64,000 bases of DNA from Octopus sinensis (lineage: Eukaryota), in NCBI RefSeq assembly GCF_006345805.1, contig NC_043014.1, positions 38,068,001-38,132,000 of the forward strand, read 5' to 3'. Every line of letters begins with the position of its first letter. The stretch's first letter is position 1. Both the position numbers and the translations under genes were made by a program. Below are positions 12,604 to 26,393 of this stretch, one piece after another. Under the pieces are notes generated by a model, which saw only the letters and a program-made list of their open reading frames with translations, made no database searches and was not told the origin of the DNA.

Positions 12604-12690
12604 ATTCTGTGGAGAAGGACGGTGAACATCTCAAAGGAAAAGAGAAACTGGAAAATGCAAACGACGAACATCGCATGGAACTCTGTCCAG
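12604..12690 (+). CDS. SLC16-like: SLC16/MCT-family transporter, coding exon 4 (central loop)
   Basis: ttttaatag|AT...CCAG|gtattt; 87 nt; charged loop DSVEKDGEHLKGKEKLENANDEHRMELCP; keeps phase 1. Confidence 0.75.
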
Positions 12691-12782
12691 GTATTTTACC
12701 TAGTTTGTTTGACATAGAAACCAACGTAGACTCCTATCGGCTGAATGGTTTGCGCTTAGAACAGCAAAAAGCTCTGGCGTTA

Positions 12783-12880
12783 CAGTGATCCCTCGTTTAT
12801 CGCGGTAGTTTGGTTCCGAGACCGACTGCGACAACTGAATTCCCGCGAAGTAGGGACACCATATTTACATATCTTTATTA
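12783..12880 (+). mobile_element. Tigger/pogo-like 5' terminus
   Basis: TA|cagtgatccctcgtttatcgcgg...cccgcgaagtagg; the other end was not found. Confidence 0.6.
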
Positions 12881-13353
12881 ACTGGTTACGATCCTTTCAA
12901 TAGTTAGTGGAACCACCATTTCATCAGTTTACTCACGTGTTTATAAATTGTGAAAAGATTATGTAAATCTATTCGATGTCAATTAGAGTACCACTAGACA
13001 TCTCTTCGGACCGCTAATTCCTTAAATGTATAAGCCAACTTTTCAATTGATAAAATGGTCCTACAAACTATTGAAACGAGTGCAACCGTTTAATAATGAT
13101 ATGTAATATTTTCACCTTCAATACTTCTCTCGTTTACCATTATTACAGTCTGCGATAAATATACCACCACTTAATTGATAAATTTCTTCGGACTTACAGT
13201 TTATGTAGAAACTCTACCTATTAAGAGAATATAGATTCTGATTTTCGTCCTTGTGCGTTCTGTTAGGATTTCGCATGGAGTTTTGACCGAGGTATTTGTC
13301 GGATTTCCTAAATCCATACTTCATCTTTCTGCGTGTGTGCGTATGTGTGTGTA

Positions 13354-13422
<69 letters not shown>

Positions 13423-13987
13423 GCGTGCAGTTTCCGACTAATAAATTTACTCACAAATAATTAGTCGGACCGAGGCTGGAGTAAAAGACGTTTGCCAACT
13501 TGTCAAAGGCGCTGCGTGGTGAGACTGAAACCGAAAGCATATGATTTCCAGGCGGACTTCATCGTGTAATCATTCTTACGTTTAATAATGAATACCCCCA
13601 ATGATTTAGACAAAGAGCAGGACAGATCCCAATTTACGTTGAACATCGAGTAAATATTTGAAAGATACAACCCAAACAGTAAAGAAATGTGGAGTTTTGT
13701 TTTTTTATGGCTAATATTATGTTGACACGCGCCGATCAAAATGCCCGGCAGCATTTTGTCCGTCTTCACGTCCTGAGTTCAAATTCCTCCGCGGTTGCCT
13801 TTGCCTTTGCCTTTTATCCTTTCGGGGTCGATAAAATAAGTACCAGTCCAACACTAGAGTCGAAGTAATCAACTTAACCCCACTCGCTCGGAATTGATGG
13901 CCTTGTGTCAAAATGTTAAATCTATGTTATGTTGACACACTGATTCTTTGGTGGTAACTCTGTATTCTGTTTTGATATTTTTAACAG

Positions 13988-14137
13988 ACAAATCTCCAGA
14001 GAAAGAAGGAACAGAAAGTAATGATGGAAAATCTTCGTCGAAAAATATAATGACCAAATGTCTCTCTTCGATGAATCTGGACCTTTTAACGAATACCAAT
14101 ATGCTTCTCTTCTGCATGATTGTGTTAATCTGGGCTA
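13988..14137 (+). CDS. SLC16-like: SLC16/MCT-family transporter, coding exon 5
   Basis: ttaacag|AC...GCTA|gtaagt; 150 nt; end of the loop and start of TM7 (MNLDLLTNTNMLLFCMIVLIWA). Confidence 0.9.
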
Positions 14138-15984
14138 GTAAGTCTAAAATCCAATATTGTTTATTTTCGATTACACAGTGTAATACGAGTTTTATCCTTA
14201 GGTAGCAACTGTTATTTCCTATTTGTTTACTCCTAGAAAGTATGCAAACTGGCTAATATTTCCTTCATACTTAGCTTTTGTTACGTATATTCAAACCCCA
14301 AAGAATACCTCTCAACACATGGCTATGATGCTCCCCCAATACCCCTACTCATGATCACAGATGCATATAATGTCGGCCACTAAGGGACATGCTCAAGTGG
14401 CTAAGATCAAGCAACTGACAAGCAAATTTGTGGTATTGAACAGGATATGTGCTATAACGATATTTCTGCTTCAGCAACTCAGTACTGAATCTGTCTGAAA
14501 TGTAATGGAAAATAAGTCAGTTTCAAAACATTGATGTCCAGGTAACAAAAGCAAAGTCTGAAGGGAATAATAGCCATTGAAGGGAATAATAGTCATTTCC
14601 TTTGTAGCAAATATGAAATAACACTTAGTGACCAAAGACTAAAAAAAAAAAAACTTTGTTACACAGTGTTATTAACAGAATTGTCTTTTCACGTGTGCTT
14701 AATCATTTTTTCCAATTTCAGACTCCAAAACTACATCCCAATACGCCTCCTTACCACTTTCACCAGACTATAGAAAACGTCATAACTACCAATACTCTTA
14801 AGTACTTGTATGATTGTAAAAGACACCAATAGTTTGGTTTTGTGTTATATGTGGAAAACAAGGGAGAACAGGAAGGAAAAGTATCTGCATTTTATCATGA
14901 TTATTATGATATTATTAAAATAATAATTAGAAAACGATACTACAGAATGACTCCCCTACTTCAGCGTTTAGTTACCATAATACGAACTAACTAACTCACG
15001 ACAAGTCATATCATACTTAGCAGAAACCTAGACTCAGTGATTTTCGGTGACTAGTTTTGGTGTCACATATTATTCTGAATTTAAATCCAACTGGGGTTAG
15101 CTTTTTCTTTCATCCGACTAGACCCAAAGAAAGAATTATGATGTGATATATACTCGAGTAGATATAATCAAATATTTCTCATCCTCTACATTCTTCAAAA
15201 AGTATTGAATACAGCCCTCAAGCGACTGTCATTCCATCCTTTGCAATTATTGATATTAAACCTGTAAAAGAGCGGTGGCTTGACACCATCGTTAGAGTGA
15301 TGGGGAAAATGTCTTGCGGTATTCAGTTGCATTCTATTACATTCTGAGCTGAAACTTGCCGTGTTGACTTTGCTTTTCATGCATCTGGGGTGGATAAAAC
15401 GTATAACTGTTGAATAACGGAGTCAATTCCATAAATATTTCTCTTATCCTCTTATCGAATTTAAAAATCATTATCGAATTAAAATTGCAATAGTTGCTTA
15501 TAACAAGAGAGTTCGATATATCTATTCGCAAAAATTCTTACTATGGTAATAGCAAAATTATGAAACAATAGATCAAGAGAGAGTTTGGGCAGTAATTTGA
15601 GCGCCACCACTTCATAGTAATATCTGACTTCTTGTTAAATTAGATAATCGTTGTTTGTGATGATATAGTGATGTATAGTCACAGATAAATCCTGTCCGAA
15701 TAAGCCTTTGATTAAAGGTATTTTAACTCTAATAATTCAGTGATTCCAGGACTCCGTTTTCTAATGCCTTATTCTTTGTCGTTCTTTTTTCAGAGGGGGT
15801 AGTTGTAATTTAAGAGCGATTTAATTGTATTATTTCTAACTGGTTGAAGACATCACAGAATATCTTCTTTTTCATTCGTTTCTGATATGTTGCGGTGTTA
15901 AATGCATTCTTTATCTCTGAAAACTTTTGATTCCTTTCACTCACCTCGTCTTTAAGTGGTTAGCTCACATTAATCCTTAAGTAG

Positions 15985-16180
15985 CATAGGGTTGGTTTCC
16001 TGGTTTCTCTGGCGTATATATTCTTCCCAGGATTGGACGCCGGTCCATCGAAGGTTTATTCAATTTTACCAGCTGAGTGGATTAAGAGCAACGTGAAATG
16101 AACTGGTTTGCTCAAGAACACAGCTCTAACACCCTAACGATCGTAACTCTAACACCCTAACCACTAAGCTATGCACCTTC
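15985..16180 (-). mobile_element. tRNA-derived SINE, head B + tail 3 (degraded)
   Basis: Similar to the reverse complement of 6704-6965. Confidence 0.65.
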
Positions 16181-17052
16181 ACTCCCTCTTTAAACACAGT
16201 ATCAATGCATATGAAAAAGAATGAACCCGGTAGTCTCCAATTTTTCTCTCTATCCATAACATAAATTTCCTTATGACAACTTTCTCAACGATATTCATTC
16301 ATCAATGTTGTTTATCATCACCTCTGCGATACGGTTTGGTTTAGATCTTTTCACTTACATCACTGATTGCTCATCTTAGAAAGGATGTAGATGTCTCAAT
16401 TTACAATTATTTTACTTCAGTCAAAAACGCTCGTATACGAAATAATTGTAATTTCAGTATTCGCTACTTGATAGAAAATAATTGTTTTGAAAATCTGATC
16501 ATGGTGACATAACTCACTCCATACAGAATATGTAAGGCGTTTTCGTCAAATGACTTAAATAGGTTTGTACTCCTTACTCCATATGATGATCCACCCGCTT
16601 GACTATTCTTGAAACAACTGTAAGAGATTCTGTATATTCTTTACTCTTTACTCTTTTACTTGTTTCAGTCATTTGACTGCGGCCATGCTGGAGCACCGCC
16701 TTTAGTCGAGCAAATCGACCCCGGGACTTATTCTTTGTAAGCCTAGTACTTATTCTATCGGTCTCTTTTTGCCGAACCGCTAAGTGACGGGGATGTAAAC
16801 ACACCAGCATTGGTTGTCAAGCAATGCTAGGGGGACAAACACAGACACACAAACTCACACACACACACACATATAATTATATATATACATATATACGACA
16901 GGCTTCTTTCAGTTTCCGTCTACCAAATCCACTCACAAGGCATTGGTCGGCCCGGGGCTATAGCAGAAGACACTTGCCCAAGATGCCACGCAGTGGGACT
17001 GAACCCGGAACCATGTGGTTGGTTAGCAAGCTACTTACCACACAGCCCTGAA

Positions 17053-17440
17053 TCTCTCTCTATATAAACGGCAGTTTGTCTGTGCGTGTTTCTGTGTGTC
17101 TGTTTGCTTGTACCCTCACCCTGACCACGGCTTTCACAACCGATTCTGATGAAACTTGACACACACATAGCCCAATGTCATAATCCAAACTAACGCAGCG
17201 AAAATTTTTTAAAAGTTCCCCCCAGTTCTGAAAAAAATCGATAAATCGACATGGGGGTCGAGAATTAGAAACCGAACCACAGAACCGTCATGGGGACGCA
17301 ACTCCACCTTTTTTAACTCTCAAAAAAAATTTACCATCATTTTTTTCCCATTTTTTTGCTATTGTTTGGCTATAACTCTCTAAAAATGCTTTATAGTTAT
17401 TTCCCTTACAAACCTGAGCAACGCCGGGCGATACTGCTAG
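17053..17440 (+). mobile_element. Helitron-like non-autonomous element, family 1
   Basis: A|TC start, subterminal hairpin cctgagcaacgccggg, CTAG|T end, no TSD; near-identical to 46372-46751. Confidence 0.8.
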
Positions 17441-17533
17441 TTTTCTATAAAAAAATGTTTTTCAAGTGTTGCCAAGCGGTTTGTCTTTTCATTTTTACTT
17501 TAATCTTTAACTTAACTCATATTTATACCTATA

Positions 17534-18007
17534 CTAGTAGTATCACCCGGTGTTGCTTGGGTTTGTTTCGACCCTTTAGAATTGGAATTTTTGAAAAGTA
17601 AACATTTTGCATTATGCAACTTGTTATTCTCTTCAAGTGAACATTTTTCCAGTTGAAATACACCGAAAAATGGTGACACAGCAGTCAAAAATCGTAAAAA
17701 ATAGGGATTTTCATAGAAAAAAAGCACCTTTTTGATGTAAATAAGTTTTGGTGTTAACATGGTCCGATTTGAATTTTATCATCTACAGAATGAAGAGCAA
17801 GCCTTCTTCTATCATACTCTCAAATAGCGCAGTTCAATTTTCATTCGCCTAAACTTTAAGTGACCCATTTTTGGCGGTTCTACGATTTGTTGGCTAGGAG
17901 GAGATGTGCCGGGAAGTTAAACACACAGACACACACACAGATACACACACAGACACACACACACAGATACACACACAGACACACAAGTTGAGTTTTATAT
18001 ATATAGA
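17534..18007 (-). mobile_element. Helitron-like non-autonomous element, family 2
   Basis: Reverse strand: A|tctatatatataaa ... cccaagcaacaccggg ... CTAG|T. Confidence 0.75.
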
Positions 18008-18420
18008 TGTTCAAGCGAAGATAAAGGTGTTTCCTTGTTGTTGTTTCAATCAACAATAAAGTTGACGTTCATAAGGTTTTATGGTTGTTGGTGCAGTTGC
18101 TGTTGTTTTCTTTCTTTGCGTTTCTGTTTTCCTATTGTGGCTACCACTACTGATATTTTTATTTCTGTTAGATTTGCTGCGCTTGTTGTTATTTGTTAAT
18201 TGTTTAGCATCGTCTAACTGATACGCCATACTCATATCCTTCTTTCCGGAAATGTTAGGCCTGTCATTCTTTAGGGTTTTGAAGATCTCCTTTTATGTTT
18301 GATTAAAAGGAAAATTTTCGGGTTCAATTTCGTCGCTGGACGAGATCTTTCAGGAAAGCAAAGGCAGCGGCAGCAGATCCATATGAGTTGCATGTTATCT
18401 ATCTATCTATCTATCTATCT

Positions 18421-21400
18421 CAAAACCCAACGCAAACAACAGCCACACCCAACACCACAAAACATATACAGCAAACATGCTCACAGCCATAGAACCCAAA
18501 AACACAAATTTGATGGAATACATCCAATCAAAAACAAACATAACAGAAGATGACATAAAAACAAACAACCACCCATACACAACACCACCAGACCACATCA
18601 AAATATACACATCTCAAAAGTCTGCACCACACACTCAAAGGCATTTTCCCCAGTGCGGTTGGTAAATGCCAAAAATATCTCACAAAGAAACTGTACTGGG
18701 ATCTTCTCGAGGACAAACCACGGAGGAGAAAGCAAAACTTTCGAGCAGTAAGTAACCTCTGTATTCTAATTCATTAGATATGATCAAGATTGGTTTGTAA
18801 ATGCGCGTGGCTTGGGGTCCCCTTGGAAACAAGGGTACCTCTTAAATGACATAAAGTCACATAAGTTAGAATCATAGCCATAAGCGAGACCAGACTCCAC
18901 AATCCGCGGGCCCTAAGACCATGTTTGGCGGACAGTTCACATTTATTTTTCCCCTGTCTGCCGAGATGGGCGGTAGTGGCACCGCGGTACTTTTTCACAA
19001 GAGTCTGGATCTCAATGTAAGGACAATATTCGTAGACCCGGAGGGTAGACTGGTCGTCCTGGATGTCGACGCAGCAATGGGTGCGCTTTTCGGCTCGTAT
19101 CAGTTACGCACCGCCCTTAACAGGTCGGGCGGATTTCTTTCAACGTCTAGAAGTTTCTTGGGAACGTCTCGTCTTTACTCTTAGTGGGGGATTGGAATGC
19201 TACCTTGGACACGCATGTAGACTACGTGGGTAGAGATAGGAATAGACGGGGATGCAAATCCTCAGAGACCTGCTCAGACGCTTTCAACTGTCTGACAGGT
19301 TTCGACTAGACCACCCGAATGCGCCAACGTGGACATGGAGCAACCGCATCGGGGTCGTCGAGATCGTATCTAGATAGGATACTGTGTAGGACAGTAGATA
19401 GAGATAGCATAGGATGTCCACAATTCCACATAGTCAGCTACACGGATCACAAATTGGTGACATGTACGCTAGACTTAGGTAAGACACTTAGGCAGGGTCC
19501 CGGATACTGGAAACTAAACGCGTCTTTCCCATCGAGACAAGTTTTCAGAGACCGGATTAGCACACTAGTAAAGAGGGCTTGACGGGAGCCATCATCAACA
19601 ACAAATGGTGGTTTGCCCTCAAGAGAGCAGTAAAAGCAGAAGCGATTAGGTACAGCAAAGCACTAGCCATAGATAGAAATAGAGTAGAGGGTGAGCTAGT
19701 TAAGAAGCTAGAAGAGGCAATTAGAAGCGGCATCGCATCCGACGTTTTGGCGGCGAGGTTGGCCCTCGACCAACACTTCAACGCCAAACACGAAGGATGT
19801 GCTGTCAGAGCTAGGATGCGTGCTCTAAGGAACGAAGGTGTTGGAGCCGCGAGAGAGGCCCGGGTGGCAGAGGCGCAACAGGGCAACAAAGCACCATTCG
19901 GTCACTGGTAGATGAACAGGGCGCGAATTGCTCGAGCCAAGTAAAATGTGTGAGGCCTTTCAGCAGCATTTTGCCCGACTGTTTGGAACGAGTGGAGGGC
20001 AAGAACGTAGGGTGGACTTCAGTGCCTACCTACATAGCCTACCACGACTCTCGACAAGAAAGGCAGGGTGCTGCGAAGGTGCCATCACGGCGGCGGAAGT
20101 GCGGGAAGCGATGGCAGAATGCTCGAGGGACAAATCACCGGGTTTGGATGGTCTACCCTACGAGCTTTACAATTGTATGCCAGACTTGTTTGGAGATCTC
20201 TTGGCGGCGGTGTACTGCAACTGGCAGCAAAACGGGAGCATTCCTGGTTTTGTGAGCCGAGGAGCCGTAACACTGCTGAAGAAAGATCTAAACAAGGGAA
20301 ATGTAATAGATAACTTTGGCCCATCACTCTGCTTAATGCAGACTTGAAAATTTTTGGCCAAGGTGCTAGCCAAGAGGTTGGCGCTTGTCATCGAGAAACT
20401 GGTCGACAAGGCGCAAACATGCGCCGTGCCAGGCCGGACCATCCATGACAACCTCCATCTGATGCGCTACATCATAGACAGGGTAGTTAACGAACCTGGC
20501 ATGGGTGGGGCCCTGATCAACTTGGATCAATCAAAAGCCTTTGATAGGGTAGACCATCGATACTTGGAGGCAGTCCTGAGAGCGGCTGGTTTCGGTCCCG
20601 TCTTCCGCGGCGGATAGCTGCCTTGTACAGAGGCATCCGTTCGGTAATTCGCGTAAATGGACATCTATCGAGACCTTTCGACATTGCACGTTCGGTCCGT
20701 CAGGGATGCCCCCTCTCGGCGCTTCTATACGTATTGACTCTTGAGCCACTACTGCGGAAGCTGGCGACTCTAAGGGGCATCCCGCGAGAATTGGGATGCG
20801 GGACGAGCGTGTCTGCATACGCGGACGACGTCACCGTCATAGTGTCTAGCCACGAGCACATCGAGCTGGTCGGCGAGACACTGAAAAACTACGAAGCGGT
20901 GACAGGAGCGAAAATCACCGGGAAAAGTCAGTGGGCTTGCGACTAGGCACCTGGAGAAGCAAGCCCATGCCGTCCACCAGCGCCTCCGTCGTGGACGCTG
21001 GACCGACGGCCCGGTTGAGTTGCTCGGGGTCTGGTTTGGTCCGGACCTCCATGGAGAAGAACTGGAACGAGATAACGAGTAGGGTGGTCACTCTCGCCCG
21101 GCAATGGGCCGAGAGGAAACTGTCCCTAAAAGGTCGAGCGGAGGTGGCGAACACGTACATCGCGTCCGTCATCTACTACCGCCTGACCGTCGTACCTTTC
21201 CCGACCCTACCATCACCAAACTACAACGCATCCTCTTTCGCTTCTTGTGGAAAGATGCGTCCCGATGGTCAGGCGATCCATTTGCTGTCAACACCCGTTA
21301 AAAGGAGGGCTGGGCATGCCGTGGTTGATGATGCGCAGACACGCGCTGAGACTGCGACACTCTGGCTCTATGTAGACGACGGTGAAACAGGTGTTCGCCG

Positions 21401-22590
21401 TTTGTGAGGCACGCTTTCCCGCAGCTCGTCTCCATGACCGAACTGCAGTCGTGGATCAAAAAGAGGCCGAGGAAGGGCGAATGGCACCGCGAGTGTCGCG
21501 TTGCTCTCAAGCAACTCTGCCGTCCTGGGTCGACCTTAAGTGACTTCAACACAACCAAAGCATTCTATAGGGGTTTAGTGGAGGGGAGGTACGACGACGA
21601 GCTCGGGGCGAACCTGGACGTCGACGAGGAGTACCTGACCCGCCTGTTCGGGACGACTTTCGGGCCAGGGCCCATGGACAACTTCCAGAGATCCCTGGCC
21701 TGGCAGTGCTACCGAGAAGCGCTACCCGTTTCGGGATAAGCTCTACAGACACGGCTCGAGAAACACGGGGCCCGACCTGCCCGAGATGCGGTCAGAGCGA
21801 CGAAACCGTTCTGCACGCACTCGTTCAGTGTCCAACAATTTCCGACCTGTGGGCTTATGTCGAACAACTGCTGTCACGTGTGGGACGAGTCGGTTTATCA
21901 GCTGAGTCTATCGTCAATATGTCACGCCTCCTTCCTTCAAACGGGAAGGAAGAGCTATTTTCATCATCCTTGTGGCTATGGCGAAAGAATGTATCTGGGT
22001 GGACGCGTCTGAAAGGATTGGAGACAAACACTTTCCTCTCTGGTCAATCTCTCATCAACTTCTTCAAGTACCACTTGAAAAGGAAAGTGAGAGTAGAGAG
22101 GCAAGTTTTGTCTAGCGAATGTTTTAAAAAAGATGGGTGAATGTAGCAAGAATGGCACGTATGAATGACGAAGCCACTTGAGCATAGTCCTATGAACCCA
22201 GAATCGAAAACAGAGAGTTGCTTTTTTGCAAAAAAAAAAAAAAAAAAAGAATATAAAAATGTGACTTCATGGACCGAGGTTACCCGTGGTCTTTTCCGCA
22301 GGCTTTTTCTTTCCACGGGTAAACTCACCTGTCCTCCCCTTTACACTTCATATTGACATTTCTGTGATAACGATCCCTATTGATCATTTTTTTTCCTCTC
22401 CCCCCACTTTTTTTTTTTTTTTTTTTTTTAACCCCCTTATTTTGTCCTCTTCCTCTCCTTTTACGATCCCTTTTGATCGAACCTCCCCCTTTGTTTTTTT
22501 TTTTTTTTTTTTTTTATACCTTCAAAAGAAAAGCTCTACCTTGTAATTTGTTCTATCTGTGTGCAGCCCTGTGTGGCTAATAAAGAAACA
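18421..22590 (+). mobile_element. Tx1/L1-clade LINE, 5'-truncated, in intron 5
   Basis: Possible ORF1 end (TAG 18775-77), then ORF2 from ATG 18780 to about 22190, broken by frameshifts: APE motifs (NARGL, SET, GDWNA, YLDR, TDH), WKLN, RT motifs (KSPGLDG, LDQSKAFDRV, RQGCPLS, YADD) and C-terminal CPRC...H...C; AATAAA at 22579-84. The 18421-18640 part may be a separate insertion. Confidence 0.9.
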
Positions 22591-22631
<41 letters not shown>

Positions 22632-22652
22632 GTCTGTCTGTCTATCTATCTG

Positions 22653-22723
<71 letters not shown>

Positions 22724-22894
22724 GCTCTTGTTTGTGTGGTTGGGGACACATTCCTTGGAGACGTTTGTATAAAACGCAACGCAACTCGTTTTTTAAGTTT
22801 GTTCTGTCGTGGTTTTTTGTCGTCACTGTTACTATTGTGGTTTTGTCATCGGGGTGGATAGCTGTGGAATTTTGTTTTACTGTTTTTATATTAA

Positions 22895-23385
22895 CTGCTT
22901 GGAAGTGTTATCATGTACATGTTTTATCTTGGTCTAAAAGATAGGTTACAGCAAATATTCTGCTCAATACCACAAATTTGCTTGTCAGTTGTTTGACTTT
23001 AACCGCTTCAGCATGTCCCTTGGTGGCTGACGATATGCGTATCTCTGATCACGAGTAGAAGTAGTAGGGGAGCATCATAGCTATGTGTTGAGAGGAATTC
23101 TTTGAGGGTTTGAATAGTTCACCTCTGGAAACATAGGTGCTTTGTTCAACATTCTTAAACAACCCTTATTCCGGGACCTTTTGAGCGGGATGGGCTAATC
23201 GGACTGAAGAAAATTCTAATTGCCCCACCTACAAGGTCATGCACTGTTTATCATGCTGTGAAATCACCATGTCGTGCACATATGGTTGTGATGCATGTGC
23301 TAAATATACCCTTATCAGACGAGTAGTCATGATGGGTATATTGGGCTTCGTATATTTGTACCCCAGTGTCACTTTACTGTAATAA
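22895..23385 (+). mobile_element. Dispersed ~510-bp element family E with (AAT)n tail
   Basis: Same sequence at 26389-26900+, 51066-51622- and partly 14270-14460-; no clear ORF. Confidence 0.8.
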
Positions 23386-23396
23386 TAATGATGATG

Positions 23397-23436
<40 letters not shown>

Positions 23437-23441
<5 letters not shown>

Positions 23442-24379
23442 GCAACAACAACAACAACAAAAACAAAAACAATAATAATAATGATAATAATCATAATTCT
23501 TTTTACTATAGGCACAAGGCCTGAAATTATATGGAAGGCGAGTATTCGATTACTTCGACTCCAGTGATCAACTTGTAGCTATCTTATCATCGGAAAGAAT
23601 GAAAGGCAAAGTCGACCTCGGCGAAATTTCAACACGACATAACATAAAGACGATATACGCATACCGCTATGCATTTTTCCGGCGTGCTACGATTCTGCCT
23701 GCCCCCGCCTATATACAGTTTGAAATTTTGGCACACGACCAGTAAATTTTAAGGGAGGGGTAAGTCGATTACATCGACCCACGTGTTCTACTGGTACTTA
23801 TTTTATCGATCCTGATGAAAAGAAAAATTGACCTCGGCGGAATTTGAACTCAGAACGTAATCATTCAGAAAAAATACCACTAGATACTTTCACCGTCCTT
23901 GATATGCTTTCTACAATAGGCACAAAGTTTGAGTGGGATGGGGAAGCTGACTACACTGACCCCAGTATTTGACTGGTACTTCTTTTATCGACCTCAATAG
24001 GATGATTGGCAAAGTCCACCTCAGTGGAATTTGAACTCAGACATAAACACGGAGAAAGATGTCGCTAAGTTTTCTGCCCAGCATACTAACGATTGTGTCC
24101 GCTATAGCCCGCCTTATAATAATAACGACTTAAATTTGGCACTAGTGGGGTAAATCGATTATATCGACCCACAACCCTCAACTAGTACTTATTATATCGA
24201 CCCCGAAAGGATGAAACAAAGTCGGCCTCATCGGTATTTTGGATTCAGAACATAACATAAAGACGGACGAAATGCCGCAAAGCATTTTGTCCGGCGCACA
24301 ACAATTCTGACAACTCGCTGCCTTAATAATAATAATGACGATGATGATGATGATGATGATAATAATAATAATAATAATA

Positions 24380-24415
<36 letters not shown>

Positions 24416-24665
24416 ATAATAATAATCCTTTCTACTAAAGGCACAAACTGAATATATTGAGGATGGGGGCTAGTCGATTACATCGACCCCAGTGCTCAAC
24501 TGGTATGTATTTCACCGACTCCGAAAGAATGAAAGCCAAAGTCGACCTCAGCGGAATTTGAACTCAGAATGTAAAGACATACGAAATGCCGCTAAGCATT
24601 TTGCCCGGCGCGGTAACGACTCTGCCGTCGCGCCATCTTTTCATACGTTTGATAATAATAAAATA

Positions 24666-24713
<48 letters not shown>

Positions 24714-25684
24714 TGATGATAATAATATAATAATAATAATAATATAATAATAATAATAATAATAACAGCAACAACAACAACAACAAAAACAAAAACAATA
24801 ATAATAATGATAATAATCATAATTCTTTTTACTATAGGCACAAGGCCTGAAATTATATGGAAGGCGAGTATTCGATTACTTCGACTCCAGTGCTCAACTG
24901 GTAGCTATCTTATCAATTCGGAAAGAATGAAAGGCAAAGTCGACCTCGGCGAAATTTCAACACAGAACATAAAGACGGACGATATACCGCTATGCATTTT
25001 TCCGGCGTGCTAACGATTCTGCCTGCTCCCCGCCTATATACAGTTTGAAATTTTGGCACACGACCAGTAAATTTTAAGGGAGGGGTAAGTCGATTACATC
25101 GACCCACTGTTCTACTGGTACTTATTTTATCGATCCTGATGAAAAGAAAAATTGACCTCGGCGGAATTTGAACTCAGAACGTAATCATTCAGAAAAAATA
25201 CCACTAGATACTTTCACCGTCCTTGATATGCTTTCTACAATAGGCACAAAGTTTGAGTGGGATGGGGAAGCTGACTACACTGACCCCAGTATTTGACTGG
25301 TACTTCTTTTATCGACCTCAATAGGATGATTGGCAAAGTCCACCTCAGTGGAATTTGAACTCAGAACATAAACACGGAGAAAGATGTCGCTAAGTTTTCT
25401 GCCCAGCATACTAACGATTGTGTCCGCTAGCCGCCTTAATAATAATAAAGACTTAAATTTTGGCACTAGTGGGGTAAATCGATTATATCGACCCACAACC
25501 CTCAACTAGTACTTATTATATCGACCCCGAAAGGATGAAAGACAAAGTCGGCCTCATCGGTATTTGGATTCAGAACATAACATAAAGACGGACGAAATGC
25601 CGCAAAGCATTTTGTCCGGCGCACTAACAATTCTGACAACTCGCTGCCTTAATAATAATAATGACGATGATGATGATGATGATG

Positions 25685-25739
<55 letters not shown>

Positions 25740-25974
25740 TAATAATAATCCTTTCTACTAAAGGCACAAAACCTGAAATATTGAGGATGGGGGCTAGTCG
25801 ATTACATCGACCCCAGTGCTCAACTGGTATGTATTTCACCGACTCCGAAAGAATGAAAGCCAAAGTCGACCTCAGCGGAATTTGAACTCAGAATGTAAAG
25901 ACATACGAAATGCCGCTAAGCATTTTGCCCGGCGCGGTAACGACTCTGCCGTCGCGCCATCTTGCATACGTTTG

Positions 25975-26038
<64 letters not shown>

Positions 26039-26067
26039 TGAAAATAATAATAATAATAATAATAATA

Positions 26068-26110
<43 letters not shown>

Positions 26111-26330
26111 TAAAGGCACAAGGCCTGGAATTTCGTGGAAGCGGGTAGTCGATTACATCGACTTCAGTGTTTCACTGGTACTTAATTTATCGACCCTAAA
26201 GGGATGAAAGGCAAAATCGACTCCGGCGGGATTTGAATTCAGAACGCAAGGACGGACGAAATGCCTTAAAGTATTTTGCCCGGTGCAGTAATTATCCTTC
26301 TGAGATATTCTGCCAGCTCGCCGCTCTAAG
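23437..26330 (-). repeat. Head-to-tail array of about 11 SINE-C copies, including a 1326-bp tandem duplication
   Basis: 23437-24660 repeats at 24763-25980; individual SINEs are separated by (AAT)/(GAT) tracts. Confidence 0.9.

Positions 26331-26393
<63 letters not shown>

Noticed and set aside
12691-12788. ORF continuation of exon 4 to TGA 12786-88
   Set aside because: A donor at 12691 keeps phase with exon 5, and the extension ends inside a Tigger-like terminus; at most an intron-retention product.
14722-14798. Possible extra exon after ttccaatttcag
   Set aside because: In-frame stop, and exons 5 and 6 already join seamlessly in TM7; no evidence without RNA data.
18010-18395. Coding-like minus-strand fragment between a Helitron and (TATC)n
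   Set aside because: Short frames with stops; no assignable motif.
23437-26330. Repeat-spacer appearance resembling a CRISPR array
   Set aside because: Eukaryotic context, ~200-bp SINE units, microsatellite spacers, no cas genes.
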